The notes under the pieces are model-generated. The model did not search any database. It saw only the letters and a list, made by a program, of their open reading frames with translations, and was not told where the DNA came from. Positions 9,712 to 19,294 of a stretch of DNA of 33,493 bases are shown here, in pieces (the stretch's first letter is position 1; each line of letters begins with the position of its first letter). Origin of the DNA: an uncultured virus (IMG/VR IMGVR_UViG_3300031088_000789). Its lineage: Duplodnaviria; Heunggongvirae; Uroviricota; Caudoviricetes. A program made the position numbers and the translations under genes. The DNA lies in the IMG/VR virus record IMGVR_UViG_3300031088_000789. One strand, given 5' to 3'.

Positions 9712-10590
9712 TTAGTTTTGTAGAATCTTACCCAGTAGGTGATACTTCTTTTCTTGGTCTAGTTCTTTAAAGTTTTCAACTAGCTTGTCGTAATTGTCAT
9801 ACGTCTCTTTGGTATAAAATGCCATGTTGGCTGAGTTGTCATCCATTCCAAGTAGATACGCATATTTCGAATCAGTTTTATAGTGGCTGATATTTACGAT
9901 GCTATCACCTTTAACATAGGCTGTTTCATCGTTGATGTAACCCCACAAACTGTTATATGAATAATCTTTATTTTTTACCGCTTGTTTGTATGCTCCAAGC
10001 AAGTAGTTCATTTTTTCGTCATCTGGGTCACTTTTACTTTTGATAATAGTCTGAAGTTCAGCTTTCAACACATAACCATAACCAAATGTATAGACAACGG
10101 AAATATTAGTGGATAGGTCATCGACCTTGAATTCAGTGTATGGGCTATTTTCTACATCAATCACCAGCATTACACCATTTTCATAAAAGTCCATTTTTTT
10201 GATTAATTTCATATCAACCATACCACTTTTGGGATTAACTTTGGTAGGTATTTGATTTTTTCCACTGAGTACTCCACTGTAGTGTATTTTACGATGTTCT
10301 ACTGCATCAGGATGATTACTCATGAAATAATGCAAATTCAACATGCTTTGCTCAGAAACAAAAACCTTCAGTTCACTTTGTTTTCCGACTTGGCTTGCCA
10401 TTTTTTCAAATGATGGAGATTTTTTGCCATCGTCATATACAGGTATTGGAGTGCTTAATTTTACAAACATGAGATTTTTTTGAAACGTTTGATTGACTTT
10501 CAGCATTTTCAAACGCAAGTCATCACTCGCATGAGCTAGACCACCCATCAGTAAAGAACTAATAACCAAACAGATCTTGATAAATTTCAC
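9712..10590 (-). CDS. exported protein with signal peptide, paralogue of 8719-9594
   Basis: GTG start with AGGAG RBS; MKFIKICLVISSLLMGGLAHA signal peptide. Confidence 0.85.
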   Translation of the reverse strand: MKFIKICLVISSLLMGGLAHASDDLRLKMLKVNQTFQKNLMFVKLSTPIPVYDDGKKSPSFEKMASQVGKQSELKVFVSEQSMLNLHYFMSNHPDAVEHRKIHYSGVLSGKNQIPTKVNPKSGMVDMKLIKKMDFYENGVMLVIDVENSPYTEFKVDDLSTNISVVYTFGYGYVLKAELQTIIKSKSDPDDEKMNYLLGAYKQAVKNKDYSYNSLWGYINDETAYVKGDSIVNISHYKTDSKYAYLLGMDDNSANMAFYTKETYDNYDKLVENFKELDQEKKYHLLGKILQN

Positions 10591-10726
10591 AAAAACGCTC
10601 CTAGGTTAAGTCGTGAGGTTAATTTTAACAGAGACTGCTCAGATAAGCTATGTTTTTTTAAATTATAATATTATTGCTATTTGATGCAAATTCCTTTATA
10701 ATCCCGAAATATTAGAGGACTAACTC

Positions 10727-11788
10727 ATGTCAATACCTATGCAAGACCAATATAAAAACCTGTTGTCACAATTTGTAACTGATAACCTTTCTATTTTTAA
10801 AGCAAACCGCCGTTATAAAGAACCAGAAGATGGTGAAGATGATTCCAGTCTTAATTACCTTCCAGATAATAATCAAACAGCGGATGAAAATTTTATTGGT
10901 GATAGTCCACAATTTAAAGAACTTCTTAATACGTTTATGACTTCTTTTATTGAGCGTGATGATCTTGTTTTTAATTTGCAAGGACACTTCCCACAATTTG
11001 ACGGTCGCACTATGTCGGAGGTTATGGCAACTGTTCGTTTCCATGATCGAGCAAGTTTAATTGAATCATGTGCTTTCGATATGAAGTTGCAGATTGATTT
11101 GTTTAATCTTTTTTTAAGTTTATCAGGCAATGAAGATTATCATTCCTTCATGTTCTCCTATGGTAAAAATAGACTTGAATTACATGGAACGCAAGCTTGC
11201 CCATCCTGCGGTACTTATATTGCAATAGTTATTGATTACGATACAAATATGGTATGTTCATTACTAAAGAAACCTGATTGTTTATTAAAGGAACTACCAG
11301 ACACTGTTGAGGTCAACTTAGAATCTCCTTCTGGTAAGTTGGTATTCTTGAATGATCCACGTCGTTTTTTCAAAGTTAAACGTGATGATCGCCATTCTCA
11401 TTCAATCAATTCTTTGTTGGGTTGTATTGAAGAGACAAAAGCTTATGCAGAGCATAATGTTGGATTCTTCTTTATTGCTAATTCTTTACCTAATATTATG
11501 CAAAATCATGAAAAAATCTTGTTTGCATCCTATAATGACGAAGACGAAGACAGTATAGAGAAATTCAAAGACTATACTAATCTTGGGTACGTGTGTGCCG
11601 ATCTCTGGTGGTACACTGTTTTGGATTATCAGCTTTACCTTGATTTGTGTGCCTCAAAAGGTGTTAATCCTGAATCGATTGATCATACTGTTGCTGTTAC
11701 TGATCGACCTACTTTTAAGGTTGTTCATGATTTAACTGCTCATAAAGTGGGTCATCATTTTGGTGTGTTCTCGACTATAACATACTAA
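10727..11788 (+). CDS. hypothetical CxxC-containing protein, paralogue of 7547-8623
   Basis: GAGGA RBS; CPSC; conserved C-terminal half ending ITY. Confidence 0.9.
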   Translation: MSIPMQDQYKNLLSQFVTDNLSIFKANRRYKEPEDGEDDSSLNYLPDNNQTADENFIGDSPQFKELLNTFMTSFIERDDLVFNLQGHFPQFDGRTMSEVMATVRFHDRASLIESCAFDMKLQIDLFNLFLSLSGNEDYHSFMFSYGKNRLELHGTQACPSCGTYIAIVIDYDTNMVCSLLKKPDCLLKELPDTVEVNLESPSGKLVFLNDPRRFFKVKRDDRHSHSINSLLGCIEETKAYAEHNVGFFFIANSLPNIMQNHEKILFASYNDEDEDSIEKFKDYTNLGYVCADLWWYTVLDYQLYLDLCASKGVNPESIDHTVAVTDRPTFKVVHDLTAHKVGHHFGVFSTITY

Positions 11789-11806
11789 TTTGTAAGGTTT
11801 TTTATT

Positions 11807-11832
11807 ATGAGGCTTCGGCCTCATTTTTTTTT
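11807..11832 (+). terminator. intrinsic terminator
   Basis: ATGAGGC-TTCG-GCCTCAT plus T tract. Confidence 0.85.
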
Positions 11833-12076
11833 AAAATTAATAAGAAGGACTTATATCTATCCCCTTGAACAATTCAAAGCCTATCAAAAGGAATCTTTGA
11901 CGCCAGACACTCAGGTACTAGTTTGGTCACGGACGACTGGTTACTTCTTCACCATTGCTCAATCTGGTGTTGGTTCATTGGTCATCATCGGCGTCAAAAT
12001 GTGACATCTCATCGGGGTGAGCTTGCTGCTTATTCTATTTTTTGCTATAATCATGCTCTAACTTATAGAGGTGATT

Positions 12077-12343
12077 ATGTCGTCTGCAGAAACTCAACTC
12101 CAAATTGATCAAATTATTACCGACTTTCATTTTATTCATGGTCCCTCATTCCAGAATGGAATTCCTGTTCTTCGTGTAGCTCAAACTTCTGATGACTTTT
12201 TGAACAAAGTCTTTGCGAATGCCAATTTTGGTGATTTCAGACGACCAATAGAAAAATCGGTTGGGTTCAATGCGTTTAAAGAAGCTTCGAGTATTTTTGA
12301 AAAAGCCCTCGGACGACCTTCTAGTATTCGTGAAAAATCTTAA
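12077..12343 (+). CDS. hypothetical protein
   Basis: GAGGTG RBS, ATG 12077, upstream TGcTATAAT. Confidence 0.75.
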   Translation: MSSAETQLQIDQIITDFHFIHGPSFQNGIPVLRVAQTSDDFLNKVFANANFGDFRRPIEKSVGFNAFKEASSIFEKALGRPSSIREKS

Positions 12344-12412
12344 AAAAGAAGGTTGAAAACCGACTTTCATTTTGCTATAATCTAGTCATTATAAATGGTT
12401 TAAGGCTTTCAC

Positions 12413-13423
12413 ATGAATCTTTTGCCCGATCTTAATAACAGAAAAAAAGCAACTAAATTGAGGACATACATCCGGGTTATTGTTGCTAGGATGAAGCGTC
12501 GATATCCTGATTTGGTTGTTGATATCATTGAAAAAGAAGTCATTTCCCGTCTCAAAGATCTTGATTATTGTGAGGTGACTGGTTTTAAAATTGGCCATCT
12601 TGATGGGGTCTTTCTTATCCCGATCAACCCTAACTCCAAAGAAACAATCAGTATTAATCAGGTGCTTTTGGTTCACCAGCAAACGTGGGAATGCTGGAAT
12701 GAACTTCATAAAATTATGAAAGAGTCTCCTGATTTTATCGACGTTGATAATTATCAAGCTCAATTGGAATTGGTGCAAAAAACAATTCGTGCAAAAAGTA
12801 AGCCTTCTAATCTTTCGCCAGAACCTATGGCTATTGAATCATTAGTGAGCCGTTCACTTGTTTTGCCTGAGCGTATTATCAACTTACAGAATCGTGAAGC
12901 AAATATAGAGCAGTTTTCAAAACCGCTGGTTGACCTCTCGGTTCACATTCGTAAGCATTCTTTTTATTCACCACGGGCGATTCAACGCAAGATTGCGAGC
13001 TGCAAAGAACGTTCCAAGGAAAAAGGTTTGACCTGCGACTTGACTTTCGAAAACGCTCAACATCTTTTCTATGTTACACACTGTCAATTGACTGGTTTGC
13101 CATTGGTTAAGGCGACTAAAAAACAGGAAGATAACCCGTTTGGTTTCTCCATGGACCGCATCAATCGTTTTGAGGGGTATAATTTATCTAATTTGTTGAT
13201 TGTGGCTCATGAGGTCAATAAGATAAAATCGAAACTGGAATGGGCAAACTATACCGAAAGTGTTGAAAATCTTCGTGAAATTTTAACACAAACGAAGGAA
13301 ATTATGTTAAAACGTCATGCTCACGATAATTTGCATAATCGCCGGACCCCTTTGTCTATTGATACCATTATCAATAATTATCTTTCCAAGGATGAGAACC
13401 ACAAAAAGTTCATTTTTGAATAA
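12413..13423 (+). CDS. protein with C-terminal HNH-like (Srd/phage endonuclease-like) domain
   Basis: CQLTG...SMDRINRFEGYNLSN...VNKIKS matches the SxDRIxxxxGYxxxN...NxxKS phage beta-beta-alpha pattern. Confidence 0.6.
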   Translation: MNLLPDLNNRKKATKLRTYIRVIVARMKRRYPDLVVDIIEKEVISRLKDLDYCEVTGFKIGHLDGVFLIPINPNSKETISINQVLLVHQQTWECWNELHKIMKESPDFIDVDNYQAQLELVQKTIRAKSKPSNLSPEPMAIESLVSRSLVLPERIINLQNREANIEQFSKPLVDLSVHIRKHSFYSPRAIQRKIASCKERSKEKGLTCDLTFENAQHLFYVTHCQLTGLPLVKATKKQEDNPFGFSMDRINRFEGYNLSNLLIVAHEVNKIKSKLEWANYTESVENLREILTQTKEIMLKRHAHDNLHNRRTPLSIDTIINNYLSKDENHKKFIFE

Positions 13424-13502
13424 ACTCTTTTTTCTTAAATTTCGATTGCCAGTCTAAGGGGAAACCTGTTATACTGGCTTCACATTTTAGGAGAGCACGA
13501 CT

Positions 13503-13964
13503 ATGGGTAACTTCTCGTTCATTTCTCAAAACCGTCACGAACCCCTCTTGAACCCTTGGCATGAAAATACCTTGTGCGAACTGCAGTTGATTTCAGGTGG
13601 CCAAGTGGTTGAAATCATGCGAGGGATCTACAATGGCTATGGGGCTGTTGATGTGGAACAAGAGTTCCAGCACGTTCTGTTGGTTGATGGCATCTGGACT
13701 GATATCACTGAACAAACCCGTAATCGGAAAGTTACCTACAGTGGAGATCATTGGGTCACTAAATCGTGGGATGCTATCAACGACACCCTCTATGACAGCT
13801 CAGTGAATGGTATTGCGGCTTGGCACCTTTCTACCATGACTACCACTGTTCCGTTTGCAACAGAAAAAAGCGAAATGGATAAAAATCAAGGCGACATTCA
13901 TTTTCATGATGACGACGATGATTGGGATGAAGATGGTGAGTATGAGCGGAATAATTGGATTTAA
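13503..13964 (+). CDS. conserved phage hypothetical protein with acidic tail
   Basis: AGGAG RBS; MGxFSF...GxYxGYGxV pattern. Confidence 0.8.
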   Translation: MGNFSFISQNRHEPLLNPWHENTLCELQLISGGQVVEIMRGIYNGYGAVDVEQEFQHVLLVDGIWTDITEQTRNRKVTYSGDHWVTKSWDAINDTLYDSSVNGIAAWHLSTMTTTVPFATEKSEMDKNQGDIHFHDDDDDWDEDGEYERNNWI

Positions 13965-14036
13965 TCATTTTTAACTTTTATTCTTGTGGAAACTTTTCAA
14001 TTGTGTTATATTGACCCTACACATTGGAGAGTTTCC

Positions 14037-14393
14037 ATGAACAATAAAATCACCCCCTTCCAGCTTGTGTCCATGATTAAACACTTTGGCAGTTCTAATG
14101 CCAAATTCGAGGCTGCACTCGATTCATCCTCAAAACAATATTGTCGTCAACTCAGTAAAAAAAATCTTCATATTATCGAAGATTGCGTTCGAGAAGAAGC
14201 CGTCTTTAACCTCATTCTTGATCGGATGGCCACCACTCAATCAGGTTATTCGCTGGTATTGGGGCATAAAGAGAAAACTATTCTTGATCTTGCCTTTAAA
14301 AAATTCCGAGAATCTATGTTGAATCAACCCAATTCCAACATTGTGGTTTATGACAATGCTTATCAAAAACTTTTGTTAATCATCAGCGAATAA
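14037..14393 (+). CDS. hypothetical protein
   Basis: GGAG RBS before ATG 14037; terminator 14392-14413. Confidence 0.8.
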   Translation: MNNKITPFQLVSMIKHFGSSNAKFEAALDSSSKQYCRQLSKKNLHIIEDCVREEAVFNLILDRMATTQSGYSLVLGHKEKTILDLAFKKFRESMLNQPNSNIVVYDNAYQKLLLIISE

Positions 14394-14493
14394 AAACCTC
14401 ATTGGAGGTTTTTGTCTTTTTTCTTTACTTAAAACCTTATTTTTGTTATACTCATTGAATTCTTTACATTATCCCTTTATACAGGACAATCTC

Positions 14494-14931
14494 ATGAGTT
14501 TCATCAAAAGAAACATCGGCATGATCATTATGCTTTCTTTGGCCGTAGTTTTGCTTTCCGGGGGCGGTAAGCTCATCAGTTTTGGTATAGACTATGGTGT
14601 TCAGTCTGTTCGTAATGTTACGTTGGTGGACACTCGTAGCTCCACTTACAAACACAAACAGAATACTTATTACAATACCACAGGTTTCTTTGTTGATGAT
14701 CTGACTGGCCAGCAGTTCTACCATTCCATTCGAGACAAGCTTTATCGTGAGTTTGAAGCCGGTGGAAATAAACCAATTCAGACCCAATTGAACCTAAGCC
14801 AATCTGCTCTTGATAATAATGGCGATCCTTCTTTCTGGACAATGCTTGGTGGTTTACTGATGTTGGTTGGTATTCTGATTGTTCTCGGTTGTGGACTTAG
14901 TTGGTATTTTAGCAATAAAAAATCAACATAG
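14494..14931 (+). CDS. membrane protein (N- and C-terminal TM helices)
   Basis: AGGA RBS; hydrophobic IGMIIMLSLAVVLL and WTMLGGLLMLVGILIVLGCGLSWYF. Confidence 0.8.
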   Translation: MSFIKRNIGMIIMLSLAVVLLSGGGKLISFGIDYGVQSVRNVTLVDTRSSTYKHKQNTYYNTTGFFVDDLTGQQFYHSIRDKLYREFEAGGNKPIQTQLNLSQSALDNNGDPSFWTMLGGLLMLVGILIVLGCGLSWYFSNKKST

Positions 14932-14979
14932 GTTTTTCCAAAAATGTGATTTTTAATTAAAGCCTCTTGAAAAAGGGGC

Positions 14980-15008
14980 TTGCTTCTTTTTATACTTTTT
15001 GTTAAAAT
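14980..15008 (+). promoter_or_regulatory. sigma70-like promoter of hairpin ncRNA copy 1
   Basis: TTGCTT(14980)-17-TAAAAT(15003). Confidence 0.65.
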
Positions 15009-15015
15009 CATGTCT

Positions 15016-15066
15016 TCGAAGCGGCAAAAGGCGAGCACTCAAATAAGCCTTTCCTTTTGTTTCTGC
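15016..15066 (+). ncRNA. putative small hairpin RNA, copy 1
   Basis: Stem GGCAAAAGG/CCTTTTGTT, 21-nt loop; homologue at 20303 with compensatory changes. Confidence 0.65.
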
Positions 15067-15157
15067 TCATTTCGCTTGTCAAAATGATTTACTATTGATA
15101 GACTCACCACTATCAAGATGATTCACTACCTTAACCCAGCCAAGAGGATAAAAATCA

Positions 15158-15556
15158 ATGAATCGTATTCAAAAATTTAACCGTGCTCTCCTGAAAGCTA
15201 TTGCTGCCCAAAAAATCGTTATTTCTGATCGAAACAGTGGTGCTATCCGTAATGCGGCTGTTCGTTTCAGTTTCTCGCATGAAGGTTCGAACCACTTCTA
15301 TTCCCTGTCGTCTGAGCGGAATGCTCCCGGTCTGGAACTGTTCGGCTATGATGCACCAGCAAAACTGCAACTGGTCGAATACAATGCTTCTTTCACCAGC
15401 GGCATCCATGTTGATTTGCCAGATGGTGTTGATGCTTCGGCTATCAAATACATGGAAACTTGCTCTGTCATTTCGGATGAAGATGCTGGTAAAGCCCGAG
15501 AAATATTGGCTGAGGCAGTCCATCGCTTCAATGTCGAAATGTGCATGCCACATTAA
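15158..15556 (+). CDS. hypothetical protein
   Basis: GAGGA RBS, 132 aa, terminator 15567-15594. Confidence 0.85.
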   Translation: MNRIQKFNRALLKAIAAQKIVISDRNSGAIRNAAVRFSFSHEGSNHFYSLSSERNAPGLELFGYDAPAKLQLVEYNASFTSGIHVDLPDGVDASAIKYMETCSVISDEDAGKAREILAEAVHRFNVEMCMPH

Positions 15557-15566
15557 GCAATCACTT

Positions 15567-15594
15567 AAAAAAAAGGGGGCTTCGGCCCCTTTTT
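15567..15594 (+). terminator. intrinsic terminator
   Basis: GGGGC-TTCG-GCCCC plus T tract. Confidence 0.85.
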
Positions 15595-15675
15595 ACTTTC
15601 TTTGAAATAATGATTGTTCTAAAAACTAATATTTGTTATACTTCACTCATCAAAACTAGCTTGGACTCTGTTAAA

Positions 15676-16053
15676 ATGAATTTGATTTTGGATGGACTAA
15701 TCAAACACATGGAAAATAATGCAGTTGTCATTAACTCATTCGAATCCTATTCAAATTTACCTTCGGTTGATTCAAGTAATCTCTCTACTGTCAAAGTAGG
15801 CGAAATCTTGGAGCGTCTTGCCTATGCTGATGTTAGTGTTCTTAACCGAATTATTAGTGTTAATGGAAAGGCTCGATATGACAAAAAAGATGATATTGAT
15901 GCCGCAATTGAAACGAGAGTCTTAATTTGGTTTATGTTCAAATTTGAACAAGATGGTCGCCAGATTAAAGTCACTAATCTTTCTTTGGGTACGTCTTTTT
16001 TGGCTAATAGCATGACAGCGGCTCGTCAAATCATTCGAGAAACCTACCGATAA
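15676..16053 (+). CDS. hypothetical protein
   Basis: TATACT -10, GGA RBS, ATG 15676. Confidence 0.75.
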   Translation: MNLILDGLIKHMENNAVVINSFESYSNLPSVDSSNLSTVKVGEILERLAYADVSVLNRIISVNGKARYDKKDDIDAAIETRVLIWFMFKFEQDGRQIKVTNLSLGTSFLANSMTAARQIIRETYR

Positions 16054-16132
16054 TTGTTGACCAAAAATCTTATTTTTGCTATACTTGCGTCATTAAAACA
16101 GCTACTCACTTCTTCTTTTTGTTGAGGTCTAT

Positions 16133-16408
16133 ATGAAAATCATGCTCGCTGGCAATGTGACTCATGAAATTAAAGTTACTCGGCTTACTCCGAAACTTTG
16201 GGGTGTTCGCTGCTTTACCAATGGCAAGATCAACCAAGAAATCCGCGTTCAATGTAAAGCTGACATTGGTGTAGCTTCTGCTGAAATGTTGCAGTTTGAG
16301 GATGAGTGTGGTAATCATTCCGATCAAGCTTCTGCCAGTCGTGAACGATTCAATAAAGGCCCGAAATGGCGAGCTTACCAGCGTCCACATGTAAACGTTT
16401 CGATTTAA
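16133..16408 (+). CDS. hypothetical protein
   Basis: TTGACC-17-TATACT promoter, GAGGT RBS. Confidence 0.8.
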   Translation: MKIMLAGNVTHEIKVTRLTPKLWGVRCFTNGKINQEIRVQCKADIGVASAEMLQFEDECGNHSDQASASRERFNKGPKWRAYQRPHVNVSI

Positions 16409-16421
16409 TCGAAGAAAAATC

Positions 16422-16464
16422 TTGTTTTTGATGGGATAGTTTGGTATACTTATCCCATCAAAAC
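16422..16464 (+). promoter_or_regulatory. early-type promoter inside a 13-bp inverted repeat
   Basis: TTGTTT(16422)-17-TATACT(16445), then TATCCCATCAAAAC; TTTTGATGGGATA/TATCCCATCAAAA. Confidence 0.8.
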
Positions 16465-16487
16465 AGAAACCCACACGGGGAAACATC

Positions 16488-16952
16488 ATGGAAACTATCA
16501 TCAAGTTTGAAGAAGGCAAAACCTACGCTACCCCTTCGATTGGTGACTCTTCCTACATCGTTACTGCGACCATCGTTAAACGCACCGCCAAGCGTGTAAC
16601 GTTCCAGATGAAAGGTGAAACAGAAACCCATACCAAAGGCATTTTCATCTACGAAGGCAAAGAATGCTTCTACCCGCGTGGTAATTATAGCATGTGCCCT
16701 ACCCTTCGGGCTGATGATGTGGTCGAAGAAAAGGCTCCAGTTGTTGCAAAGGCTGAAATCGAACCTTCTGACATCGTTCTTTTCCCGAACGGTGAAACCT
16801 TAGAAGACCTGTTTGTTGAAGGTGCTGGGGTTTTCACTGTTGAACAAATGGACGCCATCAAACACGCCTTGGCCGAATTGCTGATGGGTGAAGCCTTTAC
16901 TCCACAACAGCCTACCGCCAAAATCTACAACCTCGCAGACTACCGCCGTTAA
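16488..16952 (+). CDS. conserved phage hypothetical protein
   Basis: KFEEGKTY...SIGD...IVKRTAKRVT N-terminal pattern; GGGGA RBS. Confidence 0.85.
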   Translation: METIIKFEEGKTYATPSIGDSSYIVTATIVKRTAKRVTFQMKGETETHTKGIFIYEGKECFYPRGNYSMCPTLRADDVVEEKAPVVAKAEIEPSDIVLFPNGETLEDLFVEGAGVFTVEQMDAIKHALAELLMGEAFTPQQPTAKIYNLADYRR

Positions 16953-17035
16953 TTCGGCGGTTTTCTTTTAAAAATATTGTTTTTGTTTGGTAATTTTGTT
17001 ATAATTCCCCTACCAACTCGATAAAGGTTAACGCC

Positions 17036-17509
17036 ATGAGCACCTATCCAGATAATTTTGAAACTGACACCAAACTGTTCAAAGTTTCGTTTAATAAAGT
17101 TAGCTGGGGTGAGGTATGGGCCGATGGGCCAGTTTCTGCTCTCGGAAAGGCACAAGAGATGTATCCAGAATTTCCGAAAAAACTGTTTGAAGTTAAATTT
17201 GTTCGTGACCTGTATCCTGTCAACAAGGTCACCATCACCAAAATTCGCAATGTGTTGGATGCTTTTCGTATCCCTTACCAAGATCCTGCTGGCAATGAAC
17301 ACCAGTTGATTTTGAGTGGAACGGCTGACATCATCGAAGGTGCTTACGGCAATGGCGATGATAGCTGGGATTTCTTTGTGAGAGCTACGCCATCGAAACC
17401 AAGCCAACTGCTTTCTTTTAAAACGATTGCAGAGTTTGGTGAGCATCTGGCAAAGGCTTATGTTCATCAGCCTTACGATGAATTCAGTGCAGAACCTTTG
17501 CCTATCTAA
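17036..17509 (+). CDS. hypothetical protein
   Basis: TATAAT promoter, AAGGT RBS. Confidence 0.85.
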   Translation: MSTYPDNFETDTKLFKVSFNKVSWGEVWADGPVSALGKAQEMYPEFPKKLFEVKFVRDLYPVNKVTITKIRNVLDAFRIPYQDPAGNEHQLILSGTADIIEGAYGNGDDSWDFFVRATPSKPSQLLSFKTIAEFGEHLAKAYVHQPYDEFSAEPLPI

Positions 17510-17527
17510 GTAGTTCATTGCTCAATT

Positions 17528-17551
17528 AAATCCACTTCGGTGGATTTTTTT
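17528..17551 (+). terminator. intrinsic terminator
   Basis: AAATCCAC-TTCG-GTGGATTT plus T tract. Confidence 0.85.
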
Positions 17552-17617
17552 GTTTCTTTTTTATTGCTTATTCAAGCGTAGCATTGTATACTTATGCCAT
17601 TTTATAGGAGTATTACT

Positions 17618-18007
17618 ATGTCTACAACGAACACTAAGAACATTGTTGAACTGGAAGCCGCTTTTAATAAAGTGATGTCGAAATGGAACCTTGGCGTTTA
17701 TTCTGGGATTGTAGCTTCTCGTATTAAACTGGAAGACAGTTTGCCTTGGTTTGAGGTCTATGGAGAACTTCCTAAATCTAACGCTAAGAAAATTGTTCAG
17801 GATCTTGCGAATGAAATGAATATCAAGATTTTGCTGAATCGCTATGAAGTCCGTAGTGGTGAGCTAACCATTTATGGTGTTTTTGACATTGATAACAACG
17901 TCCTTGATGCACAGGGACCAACCGTTCCGCTCCCAGCCTTGTCCAATGATCCAGATTCAGCCGAATATATGGAAGACTATGGAGATCCGTTTGTGCCAAA
18001 AATCTAA
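17618..18007 (+). CDS. hypothetical protein
   Basis: AGGAG RBS before ATG 17618. Confidence 0.85.
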   Translation: MSTTNTKNIVELEAAFNKVMSKWNLGVYSGIVASRIKLEDSLPWFEVYGELPKSNAKKIVQDLANEMNIKILLNRYEVRSGELTIYGVFDIDNNVLDAQGPTVPLPALSNDPDSAEYMEDYGDPFVPKI

Positions 18008-18025
18008 AAAACATTCAAAAAAAGG

Positions 18026-18072
18026 TTGCAGCTATGGGGTAGTCTTGATATACTAACCCCATCAAAACGAAA
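18026..18072 (+). promoter_or_regulatory. early-type promoter
   Basis: TTGCAG-17-TATACT(18049)-AACCCCATCAAAACGAAAC. Confidence 0.8.
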
Positions 18073-18102
18073 CAACACAATCAAATAGTTAGGAGATACA
18101 AA

Positions 18103-18237
18103 ATGCAAGGTTCTTTCGGTGATGCAACTGAACGCTTCTCGGGCAACAAAAAGCGTGATACTGAAAAAGCACGTTTCAATAAAGCTGATAAACAGCGTCG
18201 TCAAAAACGCCGTAACCGACACAATGACGCAGATTAA
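18103..18237 (+). CDS. 44-aa Arg/Lys-rich peptide, not in ORF track
   Basis: AGGAG RBS; MQGSFGDATERFSGNKKRDTEKARFNKADKQRRQKRRNRHNDAD; own promoter and terminator. Confidence 0.8.
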   Translation: MQGSFGDATERFSGNKKRDTEKARFNKADKQRRQKRRNRHNDAD

Positions 18238-18250
18238 TATTCTGCCCAAG

Positions 18251-18277
18251 AAAGGCATCCATTAGGGTGCCTTTTTT
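18251..18277 (+). terminator. intrinsic terminator
   Basis: AAAGGCATCC-ATTA-GGGTGCCTTT plus T tract. Confidence 0.8.
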
Positions 18278-18386
18278 ATTGCTTGAAAAAACTTAAAAAT
18301 ATTGAAAATAATGCTTGTCGAATAATCTGTTTTTTGGTATTATAGTCTCATCAAAACGAAGCAACCAACCTTCTCGGAGAAACACC

Positions 18387-18830
18387 ATGACCCAAGTTAC
18401 CGCCCTCGAACGTGCTGTTATCCGTAACATCGCTGTTTCGGCTTCTGTTGAAGTGCTGGTAAAAGAAATCATCAACGGCCCGGAAACTGTCAAAGACACC
18501 CAAGTCAATGCTGTCATCCTGAACCTGAAGAAGAAAGGTTTGGTTGCTAGCGTCAACAAAGAAATCGTTCAACTGACTGTTGAAGGTCAGGAAGTTCACT
18601 CCCGTGAATTCCCTGCTGCAAAAGACCTTGACACCCTTCGCCATGAAAGCAATCTGGAACTGGCGAAAGAGCGTCCGATGTCGGTTGAAGAACTGACCCT
18701 GACCAACAAGCTCATCGAGCTTCGCAAATCCGCCAACAAAGTTCAAATCATGCTGGAATCGCTTCGCCTGAACCTGATTGCTGAAAAGGTCGTGGCCGAA
18801 GCAATGGCTGACCTGCAACTGGCCGCTTGA
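18387..18830 (+). CDS. winged-helix (MarR-like) protein, paralogue of 29176 and 30366
   Basis: TALExAV...QVxAVIxNLxKKGLV...LTxxG pattern; GGAG RBS. Confidence 0.7.
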   Translation: MTQVTALERAVIRNIAVSASVEVLVKEIINGPETVKDTQVNAVILNLKKKGLVASVNKEIVQLTVEGQEVHSREFPAAKDLDTLRHESNLELAKERPMSVEELTLTNKLIELRKSANKVQIMLESLRLNLIAEKVVAEAMADLQLAA

Positions 18831-18838
18831 TTGCTTTT

Positions 18839-18862
18839 AAAAGTGGGTTTCGACCCACTTTT
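18839..18862 (+). terminator. intrinsic terminator
   Basis: AGTGGGT-TTCG-ACCCACT plus T tract. Confidence 0.85.
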
Positions 18863-18925
18863 TGTTGCTCATTTTCTAGTTTTTTGCTATAATTATCATA
18901 TCAAAACACACAAGGATCTATCTCC

Positions 18926-19267
18926 ATGAGCAATGACCTGAAAGCCCTGTTGGTTCAACTGCAAAATGGTGAAATCGAAGCGGTTGAATACGGTGAGCCG
19001 GGACGGCCAATGGGGTTCATGAGCAGCCATCGCATTGTTTTCATTCAAACCATGGGTGGCACTCAATTTGGTCTGAAACAAGTCTTTGTCAATGGCTTGG
19101 GTTCTGGTGCGTATCTGGGCTTGGACATTGACGATGTAGTGAAAGCATCCGAAGCTCAAGTGGCCTACTACAATCGCCCACATGCAAATCCAAAAATTCG
19201 TGAAGCTGCGGCAGCACGTCGAGCAAACTGCAAATTGGAATACTTTGCTGTCCCAAAAGCTGTCTGA
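18926..19267 (+). CDS. hypothetical protein
   Basis: TGcTATAAT, AAGGA RBS. Confidence 0.8.
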   Translation: MSNDLKALLVQLQNGEIEAVEYGEPGRPMGFMSSHRIVFIQTMGGTQFGLKQVFVNGLGSGAYLGLDIDDVVKASEAQVAYYNRPHANPKIREAAAARRANCKLEYFAVPKAV

Positions 19268-19294
19268 TGGTTGTCTTTTCACATGGGAGCTATC

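Noticed and set aside
11807..12004. 65-aa ORF
   Set aside because: Its ATG lies inside the terminator stem with no RBS; at most a gene remnant.
15016..15066. Hairpin RNAs as CRISPR-repeat mimics or tRNAs
   Set aside because: No resemblance to type I-E/I-F repeats I know, and no cloverleaf, T-loop or CCA end.
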